DNA of 64,000 bases, taken from Octopus sinensis. Lineage: Eukaryota. Positions 48,905 to 61,782 of this stretch are shown piece by piece (position 1 is the first letter of the stretch; every line of letters starts with the position of its first letter). The DNA is taken from positions 16,740,001 through 16,804,000 of the forward strand of contig NC_043005.1 in the NCBI RefSeq assembly GCF_006345805.1. The letters are read 5' to 3'. The notes beneath the pieces are model-generated. The model searched no databases and was not told the DNA's origin. It was given only the letters and a program-made list of their open reading frames with translations. Position numbers and translations under genes: made by a program.

Positions 48905-50084
48905 GTAAATATAGCGATAAATTTCAGATGGTCGCTGCTACGGTGGTATATATATAAAATACAAAGGATATGAATCTGAGTTCGACCGAATTCATGTGCT
49001 AAAAGACTGGATCAATAACTAAAGTCAAGCGGTGGTGTATTAAATATTCACTCCGGAGTAAGGTAGTACTATAGTAAATTGTCACTCGCCGCAAACTAGT
49101 GTCTAGAACTAAATTACCCTGGCCCCGATATTACGTGTAATGTACATTAAAAATTCAGGAAGGGAAGCGTTGAATTGTAAGTAGGGGCATGGGTTGAAAG
49201 TGTTAGTAAAAAGGGGCTTCTTTACTGTATGCTGTCCTTCAAGCAATTAAAAGAAGTGGCGATGGGTCTGCATCATCAGCTTCGAACGAATTTATTTATA
49301 TGGATTTAATCATCTGCGACTTTCTGGATATTTTTATATAAGATTTTAAAATGTCAAGTTTAGATAAAGCTCGTATTGCATTTATAAATAGTGAATATTT
49401 ACAATATACAGTGTACATATTTAGAATATTTGCTGTTGTAAATTTATATATTAAAACCTCTCTGTGACTAGGACAAACTATTCGTACCCCACCTCCATGG
49501 ATCTCCAATCAAAACAATGCATAACATAAAAGGCAGTGGTACCCAATGGTGTTGGCATTTCACATATCGACAGTTATGGCATTCTGTCACACGCTGATTC
49601 AGATAAATAACCCGATTGATAGCGAAAACAACGAAAGTATTTACAACTAGTATTATTTATATTATCTTTATATTTGCGATAGCCAAAAGGTTTTTGCGGT
49701 GTCGGGTATTTTTTTTTTTTTTTGATCGGAGCACATGAAATCTCCGTTTGGAATAATTCATTTCTGAGTAATCTCTATGAAACCATGGTACAGTAAAAAC
49801 GACGAGCACCAAGATGATTCAGTTCTTTGGGGTTTTTTTTTATGGCTATCTTGGTGTTTGTTATTTATGAACTCGTTATTTAACTTCCTCTTTTTCATGC
49901 ATGCGTAGATCAGATGGAATTTGTTGGTTTTCTACACAACCGCTTGCCCTTCCTGTCGCCAACCCTCACTTGTTACTAAGCAAGTTAATGTTTCCCTTAG
50001 AAGACTACAAGCATCGTTTGTATGACGGGGATGCTCGTTTGCTATCATCGCATGATGCGAAGACAAGGGCACACATTTATATAC

Positions 50085-50318
50085 ACGACAGGCTTCTTCC
50101 AGTTGTTATCCACCAAATCCATTTAGATCAAGGCTTTGGTCGGCTTGGGGCTTTTTCCAAAGATGCCCCGTTGTGCTTCTTCCAATTGTTATCCACCAAA
50201 TCCATTTAGAGCAAGGCTTTGGTCGGCCTGGGGCTTTTGCCAAAGATGCCCCGTAGTGAGATTGAGCCCGAGAACATATGATTGGGAAGCAAGCCTCTTA
50301 ACCGTACAGTCACACCTT
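50085..50318 (-). mobile_element. Diverged SINE A head/centre with ~81 bp internal duplication
   Basis: TTATCCACCAAATCCATTTAGA..AAGGCTTTGGTCGGC occurs twice. Confidence 0.7.
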
Positions 50319-50776
50319 CGGCGATAACTCTTGAACGATAACACCCTAATCAAGTTTTAAAGTGACCATAGATACCAAAGTAGGGTGGATCTTTGATAAG
50401 AAAAACGTAAAATCGGCGAATATCAAAAGTATCTTTGTAGTTATTGAAATTAGGCACATTTCACAAACAACCTATATAATCTCAGTTTGGCTTATTCTAG
50501 TGTAGAAAGTGAATCAACATGCAGAACCAGTTATTGTGGACTGTGTATTTAATGAAAACACTTTGTAATCAATGTTACTCGACGATCCTTTTCCGGCTAA
50601 TTAACTCGATAATGCCGCATGATCTTTCTATAATGTGTTATTGCTAATAATGTTCCTTTGAACTGGATATGACGTTCTGTAATCAAAAGATAAATATATA
50701 TCGAAGTACCAAGTGCACTGTACTATATATAAACAGTAATAATTCGAGGAAGATTTTTTCTGTATTTTTTTATAAT

Positions 50777-51030
50777 CTAGTTTCAGCTCACGAGCTGTGG
50801 CCATGCTGGGGCACCGCCATTTGGTGTTGCTACATGATTTTACTTCACGAATGCTTTTTAGCAATTGCCATTTGGTGCATGAGAGTTCGATGCAGCTGCC
50901 CTCATCTGCACCTCCTGCCGTGAAGTTGGTTCATCTGGGACATCTGACAAGAAGAGATCCAGTTTTATTTTAAAGACATCTGCATCCATCCCATGCAGGT
51001 CTCTGAGGTTCTTCTTGTATGGTCAAACAT
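50777..51030 (-). mobile_element. CR1/L2-type LINE 3' end sharing its tail with SINE family A
   Basis: KKNLRDLHGMDADVFKIKLDLFLSDVPDEPTSRQEVQMRAAASNS, then 3'UTR GGCGGTGCCCCAGCATGGCCACAGCTCGTGAGCTGAAACTAG. Confidence 0.7.
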
Positions 51031-51262
51031 TTTATTACAGAAGTTAAAAGCCATTAATTTTTGAAGGGTAAAAGCTTGTATTTACTCAAGTCGTTAATTT
51101 CCTGAATATTTCACTTGTGACAATATTGTTTAGAATTTTCGTTCGAAAATTATGAGCGAATTACTTTCTAAGATAGTCCACTAAAGCTTGGGGCAATCTG
51201 CACACGTGTGCACGATTTTGTTTCCTTATAATTTTCAGAAAAATAGATATCCGTTGATGAAA

Positions 51263-51472
51263 TTTCAGATGGTATAGATTCCGATTATATCGGAATTAAA
51301 TGTGGGGCAAAAAAAAATTGGGTGCACATACATATAAATAACATACTAACACACATTACATAATCACAATTTCAAGTTTCATTTTGAAGATATATATATA
51401 TTATGTATGAGCGTGCGCCCACAAACTTTTTCACTTTAAATTCCGATATAACCATTATCTACACCATCTGAA
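51263..51472. repeat. Imperfect ~60 bp inverted repeat (MITE-like)
   Basis: TTTCAGATGGTATAGAT..TATATCGGAATT..GGGTGCAC versus GTGCGCCC..AATTCCGATATAA..ATCTACACCATCTGAAA. Confidence 0.6.
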
Positions 51473-52596
51473 ACGTATTTTTTAAAAAAATGTTTTAGAA
51501 AATTTCATTAAAAACGTTATTTTTCTGGAAATTATGGGGAAACAGTCGGAAGGGGTGGGGGAACACTTATATAGGTATGCTAAGCTTGGATCAAATGATA
51601 GCTCAACATCGCTATCAATTATGGAAATAGAATATAGCGCTGACATGATATTACCAATAAGTGAAAAAGTGATCAATGTAAAACTTAAGACTTTGAAAAT
51701 GAGGTTCAGTAACATATGAGGTGGTAAATCAGTCTTCTGTGCTTTTGACTGATAAAAAATACTGGCTCTACATTCAAGCATATTGAAGTAAAAGCCAAAT
51801 GTCCAGTTAAAAAAAATGCCTCGACTATGTGTATTAATGTGGAGGGTAAGACATCCAAGTAATTCTTATTTCTCTAATACCTTTGCAGTTCAAAACAGGT
51901 TTGTCTAAAATGGTATAAAGCCATCAAAATGGCGTTGTATTTGATTAAATAATTAAATCAAATGACATTTTGATATTCTTTGTTGCTAAAATATGAGGTT
52001 TATACTTGTTTTGAAGTTATCTTTATATGGGATTATCGTTTCCCCCCCCCCCACCTATGGTGGATTAAGCATTGTTTCATACAGGATTCTTGTGGGCTAT
52101 CTTTAAATTAGCTCCATTTTAAACGCTGATAACCGATATAATTTTTTCTGAGTTTATCCACTTTAATTAGGGAGTTCGATTTTCGTATTGTTTTTCGAAT
52201 AAAAGACTCTCCACAGCCCGTATGTAATCAAAACCGGGCACAGTTTGTATATCTTCTAATATATAGACTCACACTGACACGTGTTTATGTATTGATAAAA
52301 TATTGTATGTTCGTTGAATTTACGTAAAATGACGGAGTTTCCCATCGATCGTTTAACTAAAGCAGCTTTCAGTCAGTGAGTTCAATAAAAACACTATCGA
52401 ACTGTTCAACTGTGTGTATTAACATTATATTAACATTTACGCGCCCTTTTCTTTTGCGTAAGTGAGTATTGAATGGTGTCAGGTTGTTAGATTTTGGTAT
52501 TCCCAAATGAAGGTTTTCACAAATTCTTTAAATACAAAGGACGATAAATAAACAGAATTAGTAGAGCCGCAAGGGAAAAATATACTTTGCTGTATT

Positions 52597-52816
52597 TAGC
52601 GAAAAAAATGCATTAAAATGGAAAAAAATGATGGTAAATTTTTTTTAAAATCGTAGACTCATCGTAGACGCGCGCTAATACCCAGAAGGGCTCGATATGA
52701 ATCACGACTATAAGATACCCGGTTTTTGTTAAACTGCACCGCAAAATGTGGGAGTAGTTAGGAATCTAAATCGTAGGAGACAGACAGACACACAACTTCA
52801 CTTTTATATATAAAGA
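52597..52816 (-). mobile_element. Helitron D1, 3'-truncated
   Basis: Reverse complement of the D1 5' half; no hairpin or CTAG end. Confidence 0.85.
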
Positions 52817-55800
52817 TTTTGTTTCTATCAGCCATATTGAGCTGAAATGTTGAGGGTTATCATCGATTAGTTCCCTCTTATTAATGTTCTAACTCGAATT
52901 TTAACTTCCGTCTTGATTTCTCGTGAGACAACTTTTGTCTGATTTTGTTTTCCCTTTCTACAGCCCACATTCTGTCTTTGTATCTTTTCAGCACTTCCCT
53001 TCCTTTTCGAACCCACCTTGTAAATTCATATATCACTAGGTGCAACACTTACATTAAGTAGGGTAAACACGTCAGTAGATTTCTGAGTTATATTAAAATT
53101 TATAACAGGAAATTATCACCTTCGTGTCTTAGCCGAAAGGCCAACATTTAATGTCACTCACAGATGTTGGTAATTGTCTTGTTATTCTTCTATCTAAGCA
53201 GGCAATACAAACTGATTGACACTCACTTATCAACGCCAGTCAAAAATATGGCAATTTTGTAAATATTGTTCGTGAAGGCCTTGCATCAGAACGAACGAAG
53301 GGAGACACGCTTCTTTGTTCTATGGCAGTGCCTGACCATTTAAAATTTGTGGGTGTGGAATGCTTATAACTTGAATCTGTCATTCACGACCTGGTTAAAA
53401 GGCGCGAGAAACTCTGACCTGACCTTTCTGTTCCCTTCATCGGTGAAAGGTCACAGAATAGACTTATTTGATCAAGATTATATTTCGGGAGATAATATAA
53501 AAACCAATTTAAAGATAAATATTCAACAGGAATGGCCTTCAAATCTTGAATATTTTCAAACTTATTTCATTCAAGTTAGTAATTTCATATAATAATTACT
53601 TAATGAAAAATCGTTATATTTTAAGAGTTCTTTGTGTTCATTTGTAAATAATTCCAATTTATGAAATTCTCTCAGCTCTATCAATTAACTTTTTCATTCT
53701 TTCTTCTCCAGTATATGAGAAAGTAAAGTTTGAAATGTGCTAATGTATAAATTATTTCGATCCCATGGAAGGTGTTTCTATGAACTTGTAAATTTATCTA
53801 TCCGACCTGTAATTTATTTACAGTGTAAAATTATTACATATGACTAAATAAATTGCTAATTAATTCCTTAAATAAATATAATCCTAAATTTTATAGTGGG
53901 GCTTAATTAGTTACGTGTTTTTATTTCTTCCACGTATAGATAATAGAAATATACTTTTTAGTGTGTTTTGGGAACTTGGAATTATTTCTCAATGACACTT
54001 GTTTTGTTGTAATATAAGCTATTAGAAATTCCAAAGGTAGTTGATTGATTGATTCTAGTTTCAGCTTATGAGCTGTGGCCATGCTGGGGCACCGCCATTG
54101 TATTCATTTTCATTTCGTATATTTTCACTATCGGGTGACATAAAATCGACTCGAATAATTTAGAATGTTTTTTTTTGTTTCTTGAGAAAAACGAAACTTG
54201 AATTTAAAAAAAAAAAAAAAATCCAAACCCAATCACCGTTTTATAAATTCCAAAGAATGTTGAAATACCTTCATGTTCTGATGATAAAAATTGACACTGT
54301 CTCGTTTACCAAATAAATTTAAAATGATGACGTGATGTTTACCATTAAAAAAAAAATTTAAATAAAATACATAAAACTTGTGGGGAATTTTTTTTTTTTT
54401 TGACGAATTATTAATCCGACAAAAATGACCTGATGCATCGAAAATACTTGTATTTCCCACAAACTAATCATATTCCTCATTCTCTGACATATATCAGTTT
54501 TACTTCTTCCCTATTCACACAGTCCCTTTCTCTCTTATTTCTCCTACCCCCCACCCACCGCGCTCCCGTATTTCTAAGTTGATCCTTAAACTTGAGAGTG
54601 GAATGGTATCGTGTGGTCTGAGAAGGGGAGTCATTTAGATTAAATCACTTAAGAGCCTTTCTCTGTCTGATCATAGAAGCAGCTGCTTCTCGGCAACCTC
54701 AGCGGAAAATCCAACTCTGACTCACTTTCAATTATTAATTCGAGATTTTTTTTTCTTTTGTCTGACGGTGTGTATATATGTGAGTGCATCTCTCTCTCTG
54801 AGGGTATACCCCCACCCAAATTAATAGCAGTAATCATAATAATTTATAATTCTTATTAACTTTTTGGAGTGATCGATATAAGGCATGTTACTGGCCGTGA
54901 TTATATCGTACCAAAATATGGCCTTGTTCATATGCTAGAAATTATTATAACGATTAGAAGCAGAAGAACAGCAGGTAAAAAAAAAAAAAAAAAAAAGCAA
55001 CATTTATTTATGAGTTCAAATCGCGCTCACGTTTTAATTATAAAGTATGAGTCGGGTACAAGAGTTGAGATAATTTATACTTTGTGTGAGTGTGTTAATA
55101 GAACCACGTGCTGCAGGATCGGTGGAGCATCGTTTAAAAAAAATATCGATTTCGTCAACCTTTGTGTCATTTGGTCCAGGAAGTGTAAAGGAAGATCGCT
55201 GAATAACAAAACTTCAAACGATTTAACCTATTTTACCGATTCCGCAGACATTCACCAGTCTAACGCCATAAATATTTATGGGGGAAAATACAGCTGAATC
55301 TATCCATCTGTGTATTGGTACTTATCAGCCCAAATAGTGAAAGATGAAAGATGAAGTAGGCACCACAACCTAAAGATATAATAAAGACCACCACTAGCTA
55401 CTGAAAGTCCGGCAAGGTTTACTGATTCTGTTGTCCATTAATAATTGTTTATTTTCTTAACGGTGTATTAAAAGACTCTTCCATCTGCTGTAATCAATCA
55501 CACTTGTATTCTTTCTATAGTTTTTTTTCTCTTTCTTTTTCTCTTTCTTTCTTCCGTCTATCTTATTTCTCCCTTTCTCTCTCTGCTATATGACAATCCT
55601 ATAACACTTGATTATTACTCCATTATGGAATGTAGTCTGTGGTTTGTGTATTTTTCATCGATCCAGCTACCCTAGCCGTCTCCCCCCTTCAAATTCCACC
55701 TTCTCCCTACACACCATCGACCATTTTCCAACATCCCCCCACACTCTTAGTCACTCCTCCCACCTTCCTTTCTCTCATCATCCTGCCCCCACCTCGCTAA

Positions 55801-56984
55801 ATCACCCCTCAATCATTCTCCACCTTCACCCTCTTCCTACTCTACGTTTCCTCTTCTCCCTCTGATGGTATTTTCTATCGACCCCCTTATTCTTCTCACC
55901 TCTGTCACTCATTAAAAGAAATAAAGAGAAAAAAAAACCCCCAAAAAACCAAAGCAAACAACACATTAAAACACTTCTATCTCTCCCAATTCAATCATTC
56001 CAATAATATCAAGTCATAATAGTATAATAATAATGATGATGATGAGAATAATAATAAAAGCAATCAATGAGTATTATATTTATTACACTGCTATTGTTGT
56101 AGGTGAACACTGGATTCTGTCTACTTCCATATCTTTTTAGGGAGCTAGGAGGATTTTGAGTTGCTCTTTTATTTTCCACTTGTTAGAAACAACAACAACA
56201 ATAATAATAATTAATTATTATTATTATTATTATTATTATTATAAGAATAATGACAAGGATTGTTTTATTTGCTGCAAGGGAGAAAGGATGAGAGAGAGAG
56301 AGAGATATTACAGGAAAAGGGAAAAAAGACGAACAAAGCAGGTTCTTTTTATATTGGATTAGATGCTGGGGGCAGGGTAGAGAAACAATGATATTTAATT
56401 TTTTTTTTCAAACCTTTAACACTGCTCCCCCCCTCCATTTCCTTCTCGCTTATTGTGTCTAAATTCTCTGGATTTATTCCTCAGCTTCCATCAACACAGC
56501 TTGTGCCTCCTTTTCTCTGTTTTCTAGTTTTGAAATACTTTTTTACAAGTGGTTTGTTAAATTGTTACAGAGATGAGGAACGACCTAGAATTTATTCAAA
56601 ATAGGTCCACAGTGAAAGGCTTGATCAAGTTTTGTCCCCTCACACCATACAGAAACACACACACATAGCTTTTGAAATTAATTCCTTCTGCAATTATTTG
56701 TTTTTAACTTTTTTGATTTTGTGGTATTTATTCTAAGGTTACAATTCTAAAAAAAAATTTAATTTTGTTTTTAATGATGATCGCTTAATAATTTCCCACT
56801 TTAATTTTGGGATCATAAACCAAGAGAATTACTGCATATAATATGCGTACATGGACACAAACATAATATATACATGCATGCACACATGTTCTTAGTGTGG
56901 AATTGTTGAAATTTATATTGTATTTTGACAGAATCATGTTGCTGATATGACTGTTCTTTGTACCAAAATACAAATTGTGGTATA

Positions 56985-57423
56985 GGTGCAGGAGTGGCTG
57001 TGTGGTAAGAAGCTTGCTTTCCAACCACATGGTTCCAGGTTTTGGACAAGTGTCTTTGGTTCCCAACCACATTATTCCGGGTCTTGGACAAGTGTCTTCT
57101 ACTATAGCCACGGGCTGACCAATGCCTTGTGAATGGATTTGGTAGACAGAAACTGAAAGCCCATCGTGTGTGTGTGTGTATAAATATATATATATGTGTG
57201 TGTATATGTATGTGTGGTTATTATTTGTTTGTGTTTGTCTCTCCACCATCACTTGACAACCGATGTTGGTGTGTTTACGTCCGTATCACTTAGCGGTTTG
57301 AGACTGATAGAATAAGTACTAGACTTACAAAGAATAAGTCCTGAGGTCGATTTGTTTGAGTAAAGGTGGTGCTCCAGCATGGCTGTGGTCAAATGACTGA
57401 AACGAGTAAAAGAATAAAAGAAT
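56985..57423 (+). mobile_element. SINE family A with duplicated segment near the B-box
   Basis: Standard head and tail; CCAACCACAT..TTGGACAAGTGTC occurs twice. Confidence 0.85.
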
Positions 57424-57837
57424 CTATGTATTTAAGTGAATAAATTAGTGTTTTTCTAGTTGTGCAATATTTTCCCAAAATGTGTAGAATACAGAACTTA
57501 GAATTTAAAAAAAAAATATCCCAAAAAATTGTTTGCCCTGTGGCCATAAAGGATTGGAAAACAAAATATAAACATGCCTAGTTTTTATTACACATGCAAT
57601 GAGCAGTAAACATTTGTATAAACATGCTTTCCACGCTGGTGTAAACTGGAGTCATGCCAGCATGGAGAGCTGATGTAAAATAATGAATCTACTGAAGTAT
57701 TTTTATATTAAAATCTCTTATTCATCTCGCCACTCAGATGTATCGTCTATGCAAGCTCTTAATACAATTCTTACATTAAAAATATGAATGTAATGTGGCA
57801 ATTAGATTTTAGTTTTAAATTAAGAATTTTCTGGCTT

Positions 57838-58153
57838 CTGTGCCGGTGGCACGTAAAAAGCACCATCCGAACGTGGCCGATGCCAGCGCCGCCATGACTG
57901 GCTTCTGTGCCGGTGGCACATAAAAAGCACCAACCGATCGTGGCCGCTGCCAGACTCCCCTGGCACCTGTGCCAGTGGCACATAAAAAGCACCCACTACA
58001 CTCATGGAATGGTTGGCGTTAGGAATGGCATCCAGCTGTAGAAACACTGCCAGATCAGACTGGAGCCTGGTGCAGCCTCCTGGCTTCCCAGACCCTGGTC
58101 GGACCGTCCAACCTGTGCTAGCGCAGAAAATGGACGTTAAACGATGATGATGA
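57838..58153 (+). mobile_element. Family B
   Basis: Three GGTGGCAC(G/A)TAAAAAGCACC units, RTE-like tail, (GAT)n. Confidence 0.85.
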
Positions 58154-58242
58154 TTTCTGTCTGTTTGTTTCTTGTGTTGGTTATTGTTATTTAACTTCAC
58201 TTTGGCCTGTTTTTTTCTTCCTTAAATGGTTTTAGTCTAAAT

Positions 58243-58510
58243 TAGTGGTTCTTGACCATTTTTTGCCTATTGACCCCTTTGATTACTATTCCATTCTGGT
58301 TGACCCCAAAGAACCATTCAATGTTTAAAAACTTGTTTTATAGATGCTTCTTTCAAAATTCTTATCTTGTTTTATCACGCATTCACTTGTGTAGGCTGGA
58401 CTAATGTAAAACATTAGAGAAAGAAACCTAGCTATTTCTTGCAACAAATACATAAAATAAGTCATACGTTGACCCCCAAGGGTCATATGGACCTCAGTCG
58501 AGAACTGGTG
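58243..58510. mobile_element. hAT-type MITE relic
   Basis: Ends TAGTGGTTCTTGACC and CAGTCGAGAACTGGTG resemble CAGTGGTTCTCAACC-type TIRs. Confidence 0.45.
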
Positions 58511-61007
58511 TAAATGAAGGGGCTGTTCATGACCTTAGCAGGCTTGAGTGAGATTGCAATTTATGTGAGCTGCAGGTTATAAAAAAAAAAAAAAGGCATG
58601 AATGGGGACAAGTCTAGAGAGCCAACCTTCTGAGGAAAGCAAACACATGGAATGTAGATGGTTACATTTTGGGTGAAGAGGCAAGTGAAGCAGATTGGCC
58701 TGAATTGAGGTGACCTGAAATCAGTGACCTCTCTCCCAGGACCAGAGAGGCCACTGGAGAAGGAATAGGAAAAGCAATGAGAAGGTATCATATCTGTTGG
58801 CCAGATATTGTAGTGTGTTAGTGACTTCATGCCAATACACGAGGTTTTCAGATGATGGTCCTGACCCAAAAGAGTTTTCTTTTTTTGTGCTAAAAACTTT
58901 TACTTCAAATCTTTAAGTTTTGAGAAAGTACATCTTTAAAATTTTGTTTATTCACTTTTCATTAAAATATAAACAACCTACAGCATCATACATGATGCAA
59001 GTGATTAGTTGCATTTATTCTCTTGTGTAACGCATTGTGAATTTAACCATTTTAATTTTTGCTAATTTTTTTCCATAAAGGAAAGTACTCTGAAGATAAA
59101 TTCACACATAAAAGGCATATGATGTGTGATTGTGTTTGAATATGTAAACTGGGGTATTTTCGTGTCTTTGTTGCATATTAAAAATATAACCCTAATACTG
59201 CGAGAAGTGGGATCTGTTGTTTCAGGATTGATTCTTTGTCTGAGATAAAGTAATATATTACAATACAACTGTATTTTCATACAGGTAAAATTCTTATCAG
59301 ATAGTGAGTTCAAATCCACAGTAAATAATTTGTTGTTTCTCTGAGAAACACTTTATCCCTTTCAATTTCCATTTATTCATCTGTAGGCATGTGTGTGTAG
59401 AGTTAGAGGGAAAGAAGACTAAGATCATCTGGGAACATTTGTAAGGAAATATCACAAGAGGAAGGTACTGAATCTGTGAACCCTTTCGAGGTGCTCTCTG
59501 TAGAAAGAAGTTATCCTTGTATCAGAGACATCCAAATGCTTATTACTACAGTGAATTCTGCAAAAGCTATCCAAGCATCAAGTAGTACTGCAAGACAGGA
59601 TGAAACTGAGAGCATAAATGGGAATTTTAATGGACTTCCACATAGTTCCTGTCTATCAAATTTCACTTTTAAGTCTTTGGTTGACTTGAGAGTGTAGTAG
59701 AAAATACTTGCCTAAGGTGCCACCTGATGGGATTAATCTTGAAGTAACAAAGTGAATTTCTTAACCACAGTCATGCCTGCATCCTCAGCCTAATATCTTG
59801 GAGTGAGATCTACCCTTTTTCTGCTTCATAGACTTAGAGTAATCACTGGTTGCAAGGGGTCCTGGACTTGATGTTGTTTAGAATACATTTACACTCTCAT
59901 CCTGTCTCTTCTTACTGCTCTCTCTCTCTCTCTCTCTCTCTCTACTTGTCCATTTTTCTCTTTGCTTTTCTCTCTCTTAAAATGTATATTTCTCCTATAA
60001 AATTTCTTACATCAACAACCCTCCCAGAGTGCTGTTTACATATCAAATTGGTCACCATCTGTCAGCAAATCATGCTGTGTTTGATACACAAACCTGATAT
60101 CTGCAATTACAATCTAATTAATCCCTAAAATATCCCTTACCACAAAATCTAATATAAATGGGTTCATAGATTAGTTTTTTTTTGTCTCCTATTCCTCAGA
60201 TATATTTAGGAGTGCAGCTTGTTCAATAAAACCATTTATCAATCTTTGTAGTTATGATTGATTCTTCATTGTACAAATTACTTTTTTGTTGCTTAACTCC
60301 AGGTCATCCTTTACTGAGCAGGCCTATAATGAGGTTTTCCAGCCATGACCATCCCATCTTTAGTACTATATTATTGAATGTGGTGTTTCTTTTTAAGAAG
60401 CTGGAGCGTGATACAGAAGAGATGTGGTTGCTATTTTGAGCAGATGTGGTGGTTGTAGAAACTCCTTTTCTTGGTTTGACAAAAGACCTGTTAATAGATA
60501 GCCTTTCTTTGTGTACATTGTATTTTTAATCCCGTGGATATAAATACAGTAGAGTAAATGGATTCTCCATCAATATCAACAATGTGTATTCCAGTTATTC
60601 AATTAACTAAACTGTTTACTCGTTGAATTACTGCACAAGTGGTTAAGTATTTCATGGATACTTGATCTCTTAATGTAACCTTCAGGCAAAAATCAGCCTG
60701 GTACCTCAGCATTGGTGATAAGGCTGGCTCTTTTAATTACGGGTACAGTCCGTCACTAACGTAGCTGGGGTGTGTGCCACCTGGGGCAGCCCTTCCGTTT
60801 GCTGCTCCTGGACTTTACAAAAATCACATATTGCCTACAGCAGACCCAAAAGTGGTGCCCCTTTAAAAGTACTGTCCCCCCACCCCCATCCCCCCACCTA
60901 GCTATGCTTGTGCAGTCCATCCATCCACTGGGCTTCCAGAGGTTGGGTCAACTCGAGGTTATGCTAAAAGGTGCTTTGCCAAGTTGCATGGTATCTTGTT
61001 ACATTCT

Positions 61008-61191
61008 CTGTTACTCTTTTACTTGTTTGTCATTTGGCTGCAGCCATGCTGGAGCACCGCCTTTAGTTGAGCAAATCGACCCCGGGACTTATTCTTTGTA
61101 AGCCCAGTACTTATTCTATCGGTCTCTTTTGCCAAACTGCTTAGTGACGGGGACGTAAACACACCAGCATCGGTTGTCAAGCAATGCTAGG

Positions 61192-61243
<52 letters not shown>

Positions 61244-61409
61244 CATATATACGACAGGCTTCTTTCAGTTTCCGTCTACCAAATCCACTCACAAGGCATT
61301 GGTCGGCCCGAGGCTATAGCAAAAGACACTTGCCCAAGATGCCACGCAGTGGGACTGAACCCGGAACCATGTGGTTAGTAAACAAGCTACTTACCACACA
61401 GCCACTCCT
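61008..61409 (-). mobile_element. SINE family A, full length, young
   Basis: Reverse complement of the complete element, most CpGs intact. Confidence 0.9.
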
Positions 61410-61579
61410 TTCGGTTATAGATTTCGTTTTGAGTTCAAATCCTATCAAGGTTTATTTTCCTTTTAACTCCCCCACCCCCCAATCATCAATGAGATAAGTA
61501 CGAGTCAAGTCCTGCAGTTGGTGTAATTAATTACCACAACCCTCCACTTCCCATTTGTGGGTTTCTGTCAAAGTTTTAA

Positions 61580-61782
61580 CCCTTTAGCATTCAGATATCT
61601 CTTTCGAACGTAATGCTTATTTATTAACATTGTGTTGAGTTTAAAACTGTATTATCTTGTAGCTTTGAGATTTCACTGGTGTTTGGTTAGTTTTGGGACG
61701 ACATTGTAGGGTAGGTGTAAGAGGCCAAGTCTTGTCAGCTGGAATACTTGAGCCGGCTATGGCCGGTTTAAACACTAAACGG
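61580..61782. mobile_element. piggyBac-type MITE
   Basis: TTAA|CCCTTTAGCATT ... AACACTAAACGG|TTAA: TTAA on both flanks and imperfect TIRs. Confidence 0.6.

Noticed and set aside
54870-55297. 142-aa ORF and CAG|GTAAAA in a promoter-like region
   Set aside because: Starts at GTG, contains poly-K from an A-run, no homology; the donor alone is insufficient.
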